A DNA stretch of 63,498 nt, counting the filler, from Ferroacidibacillus organovorans (GTDB taxonomy: Bacteria > Bacillota > Bacilli > Alicyclobacillales > SLC66): NCBI RefSeq assembly GCF_001642725.1. It is 3 parts of 3 records of this genome, joined end to end, with 100 filler letters (N's around TTAATTAATTAA, not from the genome) between each part and the next. Parts side by side here need not be neighbours in the genome. Positions count along the whole stretch, not along the records: positions 44,259 to 63,498 come from NZ_LSUQ01000047.1; 2 more parts are not named here. The stretch is one strand, 5' to 3'. The position numbers and the translations under genes are program-made. The notes beneath the pieces are model-generated. The model was not told where the DNA came from. It saw only the letters and a program-made list of their open reading frames with translations, and ran no database searches. Below, in pieces: positions 50,090-60,025 of this stretch (positions are counted from its first letter, which is position 1; each line of letters opens with the position of its first letter).

Positions 50090-50946
50090 TGACAGAGGCT
50101 CATATTGCACAGGCTCGGAAAAATTACCACGCAGATTTATTGCGTTCGGTTTTGACTATAAACAAGAACGGAGTCCCGACTAACGCCGACAAGGACAGCA
50201 AGCTGTCGGTTCGGATAGCGCAGGGAATTGCAGAACAACTTGAGTCGACGACGGGAGAGCGGTTGGCGGGCCAGACCAGTGGCAGTGAATTTGAACTCAT
50301 CAACGCACAATTTTTGACGAATACGTTCATGAGGCTTGAACACATGCGTCCTGGAAAGTGGGAAATCAAACGGATCGGTAACCGCAATCGAATGGCGATT
50401 GCCGCGTTCGAACAATACGAGCATCTGATAGCTCTGGAGAGGGCAGCCAAGTATGATCCAGGATTGGCTGCAGCCTTGGGAAGTGATTACACAATTACTC
50501 CGGACGTTATTATCATTCAGCACTTGTTGTCTGATGGAGAAATAAACTCCCCCTTCCCTGTGGTAGACGATACGGTGAGTCGCCATGCGGCAATTCGCGA
50601 ATCAAATGGCGGTAATCCATTGCTACATGCCAGTATTTCATCGAAGTGGACGATTCGATCCGACCGGAGCCAGAATAGCCGGTCGGAAGCACTCAATTTG
50701 ATTCGCAATCGAAAGGGGCACTTACCACATATCGTCGTTGTTACCGCAGAGCCACTGCCCAGCCGTCTGGCGTCAATCGCACTTGGAACTGGGGATATTG
50801 ACTGTGTGTATCATTTCGCGTTGCATGAATTAAAGGCATCAGTCGAGGCGGCAAACGCCGATGATGCACTCGAGATGCTTAATATTATGGTGGATGGCAA
50901 GCGGCTCAAGGACATATCGGATTTACCTCTGGATTTAACGCTTTAA
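50089..50946 (+). CDS. NgoMIV-family type II restriction endonuclease
   Basis: NADKDS, AGQTSG.EFE, QYEHL, TPDVII, HASISSKWTIRSDRSQNSRSEALNL.RNRKG, DISDLPLDL; coupled to the methylase. Confidence 0.9.
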   Translation: MTEAHIAQARKNYHADLLRSVLTINKNGVPTNADKDSKLSVRIAQGIAEQLESTTGERLAGQTSGSEFELINAQFLTNTFMRLEHMRPGKWEIKRIGNRNRMAIAAFEQYEHLIALERAAKYDPGLAAALGSDYTITPDVIIIQHLLSDGEINSPFPVVDDTVSRHAAIRESNGGNPLLHASISSKWTIRSDRSQNSRSEALNLIRNRKGHLPHIVVVTAEPLPSRLASIALGTGDIDCVYHFALHELKASVEAANADDALEMLNIMVDGKRLKDISDLPLDLTL

Positions 50947-50962
50947 AGACAGCACTTGCAGT

Positions 50963-51454
50963 TTAGCGAAGGTGCTCCAGAATCTGCAGAGTCCGGAACA
51001 CGGAATTTCCGGCATCGTAGCTCACTTCTCGTGCTTTCGCACGAAGCTCATTGACTCGGGCGGTGTAGTTCTGATTGATCACCAGTTCGAGCGAAGGGAC
51101 ACCTTCAAGGGCTTTCGTGATTTTTCCTACAGGGACATATGGGGACCAAAACTGAAACTGTAGAGTTGGGAAGTCGGTGAGGTGAAGTCCTGCGTAGGAA
51201 CGCTGGAATTCGTGTTTTTTGATGATTCGTTCTATTGTTTCCTCCGTGCCGCTCCCGTACAATGCACCCAAAATGTGCGTCGTGACTTCACATAAGTAAG
51301 CCGTTTTGCTATTAAAGTCGAAACCAACCACATCCAGTTCTCGCAAGCCGTCCTGTCCGCCGCCTGGTACCCTCACGTTGTAATCTATAAATTGGCAACC
51401 CACAATCATTTTGAGATATGCTCCGACGAGAAGCTCTCCGACTTCCGGTTCCAT
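50963..51454 (-). CDS. Hypothetical PD-(D/E)XK-like nuclease-fold protein
   Basis: GE.LV..YL, ELDVVG...YLCEVTTH; AGGAG RBS. Confidence 0.55.
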   Translation of the reverse strand: MEPEVGELLVGAYLKMIVGCQFIDYNVRVPGGGQDGLRELDVVGFDFNSKTAYLCEVTTHILGALYGSGTEETIERIIKKHEFQRSYAGLHLTDFPTLQFQFWSPYVPVGKITKALEGVPSLELVINQNYTARVNELRAKAREVSYDAGNSVFRTLQILEHLR

Positions 51455-52870
51455 GACGTTACTCCTAATGGAATGATAGGTACTATGATGTAATAATGAT
51501 GCCATATATTCTTTGGTTCTTCCATTCTGTGTTGTGGCCGTGTTACGAGCCACTCTATTTGAGATACCACTTGCTCGGCACATACGGTAAACTTTCTACA
51601 TCAAACACACCGACGACCAAATGGGGAGGATCCGATGACAAGGCTGGTTTGGTGACGGATCGTCGACCGAGTTTTGCACATTTCGTTTTTAACACGGGCT
51701 GAAAATAAATGGGCACATGATTGGCGACATTGATGGACCGAATGGATAGACCTGCGAGATTAAATGATGACGAGCCATCCAAGCGACATGGTAAATTCAA
51801 TTATAGCAAACGATGGAGGTATTTTATTGGCAAATGGATTGCATATCGCTGAGGTTACGGAGTGGAATGCAGAAGATTTGAACTCGCTCTGTTCCTTATT
51901 AATTGCTGTTGTAGCCGACGGAGCATCCATCGGCTTTTTGCCACCACTGACGCGTGCGGATGCTCGTTTGTATTGGGAACATCTCCTCGAACCAAGTGTT
52001 CGTTTGTGGGTGGCCCTCTACGATGGTGAAGTGGTAGGGACGGTCCAATTGCATCTGTCCATGAAACAAAACGGTGCGCACAGGGCGGAAATCGCCAAGT
52101 TGATGGTTCATCCGCAGAGAAGGAGACTGGGAATTGCAAGGCAGTTGATGGACGTGGCAGGGCGATCGGCAATGGAAGCGAATCGCTCATTGCTTGTTCT
52201 AGACACTCGTGCCGGGGATCCGTCCAATGTTTTGTACCGCTCACTAGGGTTCGTGGAGGCCGGACGAATTCCACAGTATGCCCTATCAGCGGATGGGCAG
52301 CTTGATGAGACGGTGATTTACTATAGATTCATCGAAGATTCTCAAGAGTTGGATCTTCCTCCGAATCGAACTATCAGTCCAGGAACGCTACATCATGTCG
52401 AAATCAACGTTTCGAATCTCCAAAGGTCAGTCGAATTTTGGGGCTGGCTGTTGGGATATCTCGGCTATGAACCCTACCAAAATTGGACGACGGGACTTAG
52501 TTGGCGTAAAGGCGGGATATATATCGTACTGGTGCAGACAGAGTCTGACTACTTGGAACCTCGATATCACCGAAAGCACGCTGGATTGAACCATCTGGCT
52601 TTCTATGCAGAATCCCGTCAGCAGGTCGACGAGCTCACGAACTTATTGAGAACCATGGGTTGGAATTGTCAAATTTAGTTTAGCCCCGAAACTCGTAATA
52701 CCGGTCTATGGCTACGCCTTGGGGTTGTGAGTGAAGTCAGGGGAAAGGTGGAGATTTTCCAGACGTACTTTTCTGGAAAATACGACCTGACCTTGACGAA
52801 TGAATCCCTAAACAAAATGAAAAACGGTCTTGCGACAGATGTTGGGAGCAAGACCTTAGCTACCCGCTTT

Positions 52871-53758
52871 TTAGACTACCTTGGCTAGCTGGTCTCGGTA
52901 ATACTGACGACGTTTCATCAAAGGTGGATATCCATCGTTGGTTGTGTAAATTCGTTTCCGGTTATAGTGAATTTCAATAAACCGGAAAACCATGCTTTTG
53001 ACCACCTCCATCTTCAATGTTTCTGTTTTGACCTTGTAAATGCACTCTTTTTTCAGCGTGGCAAAAAAGGACTCCATTCTGGCATTGTCGTAGCATCTTC
53101 CGGTATGGCTCATACTTTGCACCGCACCATACCTGGCTAAGGTTTCTCGATACACCTTGCTTGTAAACTGGCTTCCTCGATCACTGTGAAACGTCATGCC
53201 AAAAGCTTGATGCTTTTGGACAGCCAAGGTGAATGACGCGACGCAGAGTTCGGCTCTCATGTGATCCGCCATCTTAAATCCTACAATCGCGCCATCATAA
53301 CAATCCAATACGGCGCTGACATACAGTCTGCCCTCCGCCGTGGGGATCTCCGTGATGTCCCCCAGCCATTTTTGATTGGGGGCCGTGGCAGTAAAATCCT
53401 GCTTTATCAGATTTTCGCTTGCTTGTGCAGCAGGATCAGCCTTGGTCGTTCCCTTGGCATGATGGTTCTTCTTCAGCATCAGCTGATGGGCTTTGCAAAG
53501 TCTTCGGACGACATAGTAGGTACCGGTATAGCCGTGGAACAGTTGCAAGGCCAAAAAGATGCGGTATGCTCCATAGTCCTTGTTTTCTGCACGAATCTGA
53601 CGGATCTTCGCCAAAAGATCATCGTATTTATAGGGGCTGTTTTGAGTACGCCGCCAGCGATAGTAACCGGCTTCGCTGACATGCAAAACCTTACACATTT
53701 CCTTCACGCTGTGCTTGGCTTCGTCTTTTTTCTTTTGAATCCCTATAAAACGAAACAA
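52871..53758 (-). CDS. IS3 transposase OrfB (DDE)
   Basis: W.GDITEI, HSDRGSQF, CYDNARMESFF.TLKKE. Confidence 0.93.
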   Translation of the reverse strand: MFRFIGIQKKKDEAKHSVKEMCKVLHVSEAGYYRWRRTQNSPYKYDDLLAKIRQIRAENKDYGAYRIFLALQLFHGYTGTYYVVRRLCKAHQLMLKKNHHAKGTTKADPAAQASENLIKQDFTATAPNQKWLGDITEIPTAEGRLYVSAVLDCYDGAIVGFKMADHMRAELCVASFTLAVQKHQAFGMTFHSDRGSQFTSKVYRETLARYGAVQSMSHTGRCYDNARMESFFATLKKECIYKVKTETLKMEVVKSMVFRFIEIHYNRKRIYTTNDGYPPLMKRRQYYRDQLAKVV

Positions 53759-53769
53759 GTCTCGTGCAG

Positions 53770-54057
53770 CTACCTCTTTTGGCTCTCTGCGAAAAAAGCT
53801 AACGCCTTTTTCAGGATATCATTGGCGGATTCCAGTTCCCTGATCTTTTTCTCCAACCCCTTCATTTCGGCAGTTTTCGGATCCATGCGCTGGTGGCCGC
53901 TCCCTACAAATGCCAGAGATCCATGCTTCTTGCTTTGACCCCTCCATGTGTACATCGTTGTGGGCGGAATCCCCAGTTGTTCGGAGGCCGCGGTTGGCCC
54001 GATTTCATAAGACAATTTTAATGCTTCTTCTTTGAATTCTTTGTCGTACACTCGCAT
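53770..54057 (-). CDS. IS3 transposase OrfA (HTH)
   Basis: YDKEFKEEA, LGI...T.Y.W, ILKKALAFFA; T6C and A4G slippery runs at its end. Confidence 0.9.
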   Translation of the reverse strand: MRVYDKEFKEEALKLSYEIGPTAASEQLGIPPTTMYTWRGQSKKHGSLAFVGSGHQRMDPKTAEMKGLEKKIRELESANDILKKALAFFAESQKR

Positions 54058-54241
54058 CTGGATTCCTTCTTCCTTTTTTATCATTCTGTCCAGAATTACG
54101 AGTTTGTTGACTCAACTAAAATGATACTGCTCCAGGTGGCCGTGTTTTGTATGAGGACAGACACCCGTATGCGGGTGGAGAGGAACACTACGCAGTGTTC
54201 TTTGAGGATCCCGACCGGCTCAAGGTAGAGGTAGTGGCGCC

Positions 54242-54847
54242 ATGACCGACAATCGTCAATATGAGCACGACTTACGTGCATTGTTGCGTGCAACTCACTG
54301 GTTCATGCAAGCGTTGCGTGTGGTGCGTGAATGCAATCCTCCGGATTGGTTGGTCGGGGGTGGTGTCATTCGCACACTGGTGTGGGACTGGTTACACGAT
54401 TACTCTACGCCGACACCGCTGAATGATATCGACGTGGCGTATTTTGATTCTACTGACCTACAACCTAAAAGAGACTTGGAGATTGAGCGGACGTTATATC
54501 AACTCATGCCTCATATGCCTTGGCAGGCCAAGAATCAGGCGGCTGTCCATTTGTGGTACGAACGGAAGTTTGGGTTCCCTGTTGAACCGCTCTCCTCGAG
54601 CGCAGACGGAGTTGGGACTTGGCCAGAGACCGCGACGAGCGTCGCCGTCCGGCTTCTCGCCGATGACCAACTGCTCATTGTAGCACCATGTGGATTGAAC
54701 GATTTGTTTGAGTTGGTATGTCGTAGAAATCCTCGGCGAGTGACTGAGCAGATTTTCGAGCAGCGTCTCGCTGACAAACAAATTGTGAAGAAATGGCCGA
54801 AGGTGCGTGTGGTTCATGACCATGCAAGGGAGGGATCGAGTTGCTGA
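54242..54847 (+). CDS. Nucleotidyltransferase family protein (DUF925)
   Basis: GG.IR.LVWD, DIDVAYFD, KNQA.VH.W, WPETAT, AP.GL.DLF. Confidence 0.85.
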   Translation: MTDNRQYEHDLRALLRATHWFMQALRVVRECNPPDWLVGGGVIRTLVWDWLHDYSTPTPLNDIDVAYFDSTDLQPKRDLEIERTLYQLMPHMPWQAKNQAAVHLWYERKFGFPVEPLSSSADGVGTWPETATSVAVRLLADDQLLIVAPCGLNDLFELVCRRNPRRVTEQIFEQRLADKQIVKKWPKVRVVHDHAREGSSC

Positions 54848-55305
54848 CGCTATTTCGCTACAACTGGCAGGTCCGGGAGGAATGGTTTGACTGGTGTGAG
54901 GGCGTCCCCGACGAGGATTTCACCCGAGAGCGGATCGGCGGCGTTGGCAGTTTTTTACGAACTCTGTGGTACATTGTAGATTCCGAATACAGTTGGATTC
55001 GTGCGACGGTGGAAGAACCCGATGTTCAGCTTCCCTTTGAGCGTTACCAGACGCTAAGCCAAGTTCGCGCTCTGTCCAACACGTGCCATCACGAAATCTG
55101 CCCTGTGATTGAGCAATGGACTCCGGACATGGACTCGAAAAAGGTCCATGCGTCATGGCGGCCCGGTGAAACGTTTTCGTCAGAACAGGTGTTTCGTCAT
55201 GTCATTGCCCATGAAATTCACCACATGGGCCAACTGTCGATATGGGCAAGAGACATTGGACGAGAACCCGTGTCAGCAAACCTCTTGGATCGGAGTTTGG
55301 GATGA
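54841..55305 (+). CDS. DinB family protein
   Basis: LFRYNWQVREEWFDWC, GG.GS...TL, HVIAHEIHHMGQLS. Confidence 0.88.
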   Translation: MLTLFRYNWQVREEWFDWCEGVPDEDFTRERIGGVGSFLRTLWYIVDSEYSWIRATVEEPDVQLPFERYQTLSQVRALSNTCHHEICPVIEQWTPDMDSKKVHASWRPGETFSSEQVFRHVIAHEIHHMGQLSIWARDIGREPVSANLLDRSLG

Positions 55306-55306
55306 T

Positions 55307-56080
55307 ATGACGATGACTTCTGAAGATGTGTTCGAACAATCGGCCTATGCGGTGCGCTTTGATTGGGGCCTCGATGGTCTTGTTTGCCTAGCCCCTATCT
55401 CCGACACCGTGGTCATCGTGGATGTGCTGTCTTTCACGACAGCCGTCAGCATTGCCGTCGACCGGGGAGCTACCGTCTATCCCTATCGTTTTAAAGAGGA
55501 GTCAGCTACCTTGTTTGCCGAGTCGGTAGACGCTCTGCTTCTGAACAAACGGGATGAAGGGGGACTTTCCCTGTCACCGACATCCTTGCAGCAGGTAGAG
55601 TCGGGTCAGAAACTTGTCCTGCCGTCACCCAATGGATCGACTCTGGCATCCACGGCTAGAGAGTACGGGAAATGGGTGGTTGCCGGAAGTCTACGGAACG
55701 CACAGGCTGTGGCTCAAACGGTCATGGAATCCGGAAAAAGCGTAGCGGTCATTGCGGCTGGAGAACGCTGGCTGAACGGCAATCTCCGTCCTGCATTAGA
55801 AGATGTACTGGGCGCGGGCGCGATTTTGAGTGATGCCAATCCCTGTGCATTGTCTCCGGAGGCGAGATCTGCGGTTTCGGTTTTTCGATCCGTTCAGGAG
55901 AATCTGCTCTCCACGTTGTTGGATTGCGCTTCTGGTCGGGAACTGATAGCGCGTGGATATCAAGAAGACGTTGTCATGGCCAGTCGTCTCAATGAAACCG
56001 GTGTTGTACCCGTGCTAGTCAATGGCGCATTTCAGGCGATGGATAGGAGACAGAATCATGTTCTGCCATACAGTGAGTGA
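55307..56080 (+). CDS. 2-phosphosulfolactate phosphatase (ComB) family protein
   Basis: IVDVLSFTT, SLSP, LPSPNGS, LRNA.AVA, AAGERW, ED.LGAG. Confidence 0.85.
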   Translation: MTMTSEDVFEQSAYAVRFDWGLDGLVCLAPISDTVVIVDVLSFTTAVSIAVDRGATVYPYRFKEESATLFAESVDALLLNKRDEGGLSLSPTSLQQVESGQKLVLPSPNGSTLASTAREYGKWVVAGSLRNAQAVAQTVMESGKSVAVIAAGERWLNGNLRPALEDVLGAGAILSDANPCALSPEARSAVSVFRSVQENLLSTLLDCASGRELIARGYQEDVVMASRLNETGVVPVLVNGAFQAMDRRQNHVLPYSE

Positions 56081-56590
56081 CGAGATTCAACTCAAATTGC
56101 TAGAATTGCATGATGCAGAAGAAATCTTTTCCTTAATAGATGCTTCTCGTTCCTATCTACGGGAATGGCTACCTTGGGTGGATGCCACGCGAACCCCGGA
56201 TGATTCGAAGGCATTCAATCCACGCTTCAGCAATTTGCCACCAACAACGGCTTTCAAGCGGGTATCTTGTACAAAGAAGAGTTTGCCGGTGTGGTTGGGT
56301 TCCATGACATAAACTGGGCCAACAAATCCACTTCCATTGGGTATTGGCTTGGGGAAGGATTCCAAGGGAAAGGCATCATGACCAGTGCTTGCCGAGCCAT
56401 GATGGATATCGCATTTCGGGAATACGGGTTAAATCGCATGGAAATCCGAGCTGCGGTTGACAATCGCAAGAGTCGAGCTATCCCGGATCGTCTCGGGTTT
56501 ACGCAGGAAGGGACTTGTCGTCAGGCGGAGTGGATTGTTGACCACTATGTCGATCACGTTGTCTACGGTCTTCTGAAGGAGTTGGTGTAA
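56058..56590 (+). pseudogene. RimL/YdaF-type GNAT acetyltransferase, frameshifted near 56216
   Basis: N-half YLREWLPWVD in one frame; QSTLQQF...IGYWLGE.FQGKGIMT...NRKSRAIP.RLGF in another. Confidence 0.85.
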
Positions 56591-56593
56591 CCA

Positions 56594-57148
56594 GTGAAAC
56601 GTCTATACATTGTTCGCCACTGTTCCGCGACGGGGCAGGCGGCTGACGCACCGCTTACGGTGGATGGTCGCGAGCAGGCAAACTTACTTTCGGACTTTCT
56701 CTCTGAGCAGAAAATTGACGCCATCCTCTCAAGCCCATTCGTGCGAGCCATACAGAGCATCGAACCCTTTGCAAAACGGGCGAATCTGCACGTGCAAGTG
56801 GATGAGCGACTCTCGGAGAGAGTGTTGAGTTCCGAACCCATGGACAACTGGCTGGATGGTTTGCAGCAAACGTTCTCCGATTTTGAGATGGCCTTTGATG
56901 GTGGCGAATCGAGTGGTCAGGCGATGAAGCGAGCTGTTGCCGCGCTCGGTGAGGTGTTGGCATTGAATCAAGAGAGCGCAGCGGTTGTCACGCACGGCAA
57001 CTTGATGACGCTGCTGCTGAGATACTTCGATGAACGATTCGGGTTCGAGGCATGGGCAGCGTTGACGAATCCAGACGTGTACCTCGTGACGGCGAGCGGA
57101 TCGGAATCGACTGTGGAACGAGTCTGGGGACATCACGAAGGTTGGTGA
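56594..57148 (+). CDS. Histidine phosphatase family protein
   Basis: VRHC, SSPF.RA.Q, L.ER, GGES, VTHG. Confidence 0.88.
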   Translation: MKRLYIVRHCSATGQAADAPLTVDGREQANLLSDFLSEQKIDAILSSPFVRAIQSIEPFAKRANLHVQVDERLSERVLSSEPMDNWLDGLQQTFSDFEMAFDGGESSGQAMKRAVAALGEVLALNQESAAVVTHGNLMTLLLRYFDERFGFEAWAALTNPDVYLVTASGSESTVERVWGHHEGW

Positions 57149-58132
57149 ATGAAATTGCGACCCGATGATCATGAGTTTGATGAACTCTGCGAGATCTGTC
57201 AGAAATGGTTCGGGTTTATTATTCTTGATGCGCAACCGATTGTTCGTGGATGGCTGAATCGAAAATGGAAGTTGGATACCACTCATGGCGTCTTTCTGCT
57301 CAAAAGTTATCATCCGGACAGATATCGATTGTATGATGAATCGGCTTTAGTCCGGGCGCTTCGATGGCAGTCTGAGATACATACTCAGGGGCTACCCTGT
57401 CCACAAATTCTGATGCATCAGGGATCTCAACTTCATTCGACACCCTCAGGGCAGCGATTTATGGTCATGACCTTTAGCGACGGAGAGAGACTCATTCCTG
57501 GCCAGGCCACTTATGGTCAGATGTATTCGCTCGGAACGGCTACGGGACTGATGCATCGATTACTTCTCATGCTCGGCGGTGTTCCAACCCAAGCGACATT
57601 TATGGTCCCGGAAGTACCTGAGAGGATACGTGATTGGGACAACGTCTTGAAGGCCATGGAGCAGAATGACAAACATGATCTGTATGCATTCGCGCAGCAC
57701 CAATTAAACGCTTCGCAGGTTATCGACATCCGTGAATTTAGGAATGCCGAAATGGGCTTTGCGCACCGCGATCTCTGGGCAGATAACCTGCTTTTCTCCG
57801 GTGATGGGTTGTCGGCGATTTTAGACTTTGACCGACTCAATGCCGACTATCTCGAGTTAGATATCGCGAGGGCTATCCTGTCTGGCAATCTGGCTAGTGA
57901 AACATTCAACGTGGATGCCACGCAGGGCTTCCTTGACGGCTATCGGACGCAACGCGAGTTTCCCACAGGGAGGATTCTACGAGATCTTCGCATGGTATGG
58001 TATATGGAAAGCACTTGGTGGATCACGCCGAACATGGACCAGCATACGGTACCCCCTCAGCGATTTGCGCACGAAATGGATTGGCTGGCTCGAAATATGC
58101 ACAATTTACCGTCCCTACTGAGTCAACTTTAG
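57149..58132 (+). CDS. Phosphotransferase (APH/homoserine kinase type II-like)
   Basis: RGWLN, LK.Y, HRDLWADN, ILDFD. Confidence 0.85.
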   Translation: MKLRPDDHEFDELCEICQKWFGFIILDAQPIVRGWLNRKWKLDTTHGVFLLKSYHPDRYRLYDESALVRALRWQSEIHTQGLPCPQILMHQGSQLHSTPSGQRFMVMTFSDGERLIPGQATYGQMYSLGTATGLMHRLLLMLGGVPTQATFMVPEVPERIRDWDNVLKAMEQNDKHDLYAFAQHQLNASQVIDIREFRNAEMGFAHRDLWADNLLFSGDGLSAILDFDRLNADYLELDIARAILSGNLASETFNVDATQGFLDGYRTQREFPTGRILRDLRMVWYMESTWWITPNMDQHTVPPQRFAHEMDWLARNMHNLPSLLSQL

Positions 58133-58153
58133 TCGGAAGGAGGGGGTGAACGC

Positions 58154-59089
58154 GTGGATGTTCGTGTCCTTCATGCAGTGGATGCATCAGCTTATCGAGA
58201 TCTTCGGCTTCAAGCGTTGTCCACCAATCCCGAAGCGTTCCTCACAACCTATGGCGATTATTTATCCTGTCCTCTCGAACTCGTGACGAACCAGATGACA
58301 CCGGATGACGATCACTTTACTGTGGGTGCTTTCGTAGGCGATGCATCAGATCAGATGGTGGGCACGGTGACACTGGTTCGAGAGCGAGCAACGAAGGCGC
58401 GCCACATCGCGAACGTGGTCGCTATGTTTGTATCTCCGCACGTTCAGCGGCAAGGGATAGGGCGCGAACTGCTGACTGACTTGATTCAGCGGGCACGGCA
58501 ACTGGATGGCTTGGTGCAACTTCGTCTCTCTGTGGTGAAGGATAACGACGCCGCCATGGCGCTCTATCAGGCTGTGGGCTTTCAAGTCTATGGGATGGAA
58601 CCGAACGCCATGAAGACGGCAAATCGGTCTTGGGACGAAGTCCATATGGTCCTGTTTCTCGCTTCACAGGGCCAGCCCCAACGGCAGTCCGCGCTCAACT
58701 TCGCAAGCATGGGTTTCAGCCACGTCACCCTCAACGTATCTGACCTTGAACGGTCACTTGCGTTTTACGTTGGGACGATCGGGATGAAGCTTGTACATCG
58801 CGCTTTGCAGGATGCCTACCTCGAATGGGGGAAAGCTTGGATTTGCCTACAGGAGCGACCCATGCTGCCGACGGCTAGGCTACAACTCGGCGTGGATCAC
58901 GTGGCGCTTTACACGCCGCAAGATGAATTACAAGCCGCCGTTGATGTTCTGAAATCGGCAAATGTTCCAATCATCCGTGGCCCAGTGGAGCGTGGTGGAG
59001 GTTGGACCGTCAATTTTCTCGATCCCGATGGTACGCAGCTTGAGTTCCACTCAGGGACGCTGGGCGAACGGATGAAGGTGTGGAAGTGA
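58154..59089 (+). CDS. GNAT-VOC (glyoxalase) fusion protein
   Basis: LRLQAL...PEAF, MFV.P...RQGIG, N.AA.ALY...GF; then SHVTLNVSDLERS.AFY, DHVAL, F.DPDG..LE. Confidence 0.85.
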   Translation: MDVRVLHAVDASAYRDLRLQALSTNPEAFLTTYGDYLSCPLELVTNQMTPDDDHFTVGAFVGDASDQMVGTVTLVRERATKARHIANVVAMFVSPHVQRQGIGRELLTDLIQRARQLDGLVQLRLSVVKDNDAAMALYQAVGFQVYGMEPNAMKTANRSWDEVHMVLFLASQGQPQRQSALNFASMGFSHVTLNVSDLERSLAFYVGTIGMKLVHRALQDAYLEWGKAWICLQERPMLPTARLQLGVDHVALYTPQDELQAAVDVLKSANVPIIRGPVERGGGWTVNFLDPDGTQLEFHSGTLGERMKVWK

Positions 59090-59979
59090 ATCGGGACCAT
59101 ACGGATATCGGCCAGTACGAGGCGTTGCTCGGTGCGTACTTCCCAGAATTGCCCCTGAACAGGATCTCACTACTCGGAGAAGGCTGGGACAGTATCGCGA
59201 TATAAGTGAATCACGCATTCGTTTTTCGAATCCCGAAGCGCCCTGCAGTAGCACGTCAGATGTGCAAAGAAATCCGAGTGCTGGAGGCGATTCTTCCGTA
59301 CGTGAAGTCGCGGATTCCGCTGCCCGAGTGGATAGGGCCAGCGGATGGCGATTTTCCGGTATCAGCCGTGGGTTACCGGAAGCTACTGGGCACTCCACTG
59401 TCAGAAATCCCACCGGGATCGATGAAAAATCGTCTGTTGAGTGGGGTTGGGAATTTTCTTAGTGAGTTGCATAGCATCCCAAAGGGTGTTCTCAAACAAG
59501 CGGATGTGCCTTGGTTTCGATGGACTGGGGAACAACGCGACGATGGACCACGGAATTGGAGAGAAGGGCTGCAGAAGTTCATGGATCGCATTCGACAGGA
59601 CGCAATCCCCTTGCTGCGTTGTCCCGTCCGTGAAAACGTGATAGGGGGCATCGAAAGATTCCTTGCCGGACCGCAGAACTTTCAATTCGAAGCCGTTCTG
59701 CTTCATGGTGATTTCGCTCCTGAACACATTTTGGTCAACACAGAGACGGGTAACATCGGTGTGATTGATTTTGGCGATTGCGAAATGGGCGATCCAGCGT
59801 ACGACGTGTGGCATGAGTTAATGCCATTTTATGACGGACCGATGGATGAATTGTTCTTCGAACGGCAGCGGTTTTACCGCAAGCTAGCGCCATTTCACGG
59901 TGTGCTGCATGGACTGTTGGTCCGTGACGACGTGCTGGTGAGGAATGCTCTCCGGCAGGTGGATGCGGAGTTTGGATAA
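59086..59979 (+). pseudogene. APH-family phosphotransferase with in-frame TAA at 59203-59205
   Basis: GTG 59086 ...LGEGWDSIAI*VNHAFVFRIPKR...HGDFAPEHIL, IDFGD, GDPAYD. Confidence 0.8.
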
Positions 59980-60025
59980 CCAGTTCACGTCTGATTTATT
60001 GTTATGGTCGAAAGGAGGGCTCAAC

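Larger units (their letters stand above)
52661..54134 (-). mobile_element. IS3-family insertion sequence (1474 bp)
   Basis: TG..CA ends with imperfect IRs (tggaattgtcaaatttagtttag..aaactcgtaa vs tggagcagtatcattttagttgag..aaactcgtaa); 3-bp GGT target duplication at 52658-52660 and 54135-54137. Confidence 0.93.
51827..54245 (+). pseudogene. GNAT-VOC (glyoxalase) fusion gene interrupted by an IS3-family element
   Basis: GNAT (GASIGF, RAEIAKLMVHP..RR.G, LDTR) plus VOC (HHVEINVS, NHLAF); after removing the IS and one GGT it continues RTMGGRVLYEDRHPYAGG.EHYAVFFEDPDRLKVEVVAP*. Confidence 0.85.

Noticed and set aside
51496..51800. Short ORFs between the nuclease-like gene and the GNAT array
   Set aside because: No recognisable motifs and multiple stops; at most a degraded remnant.
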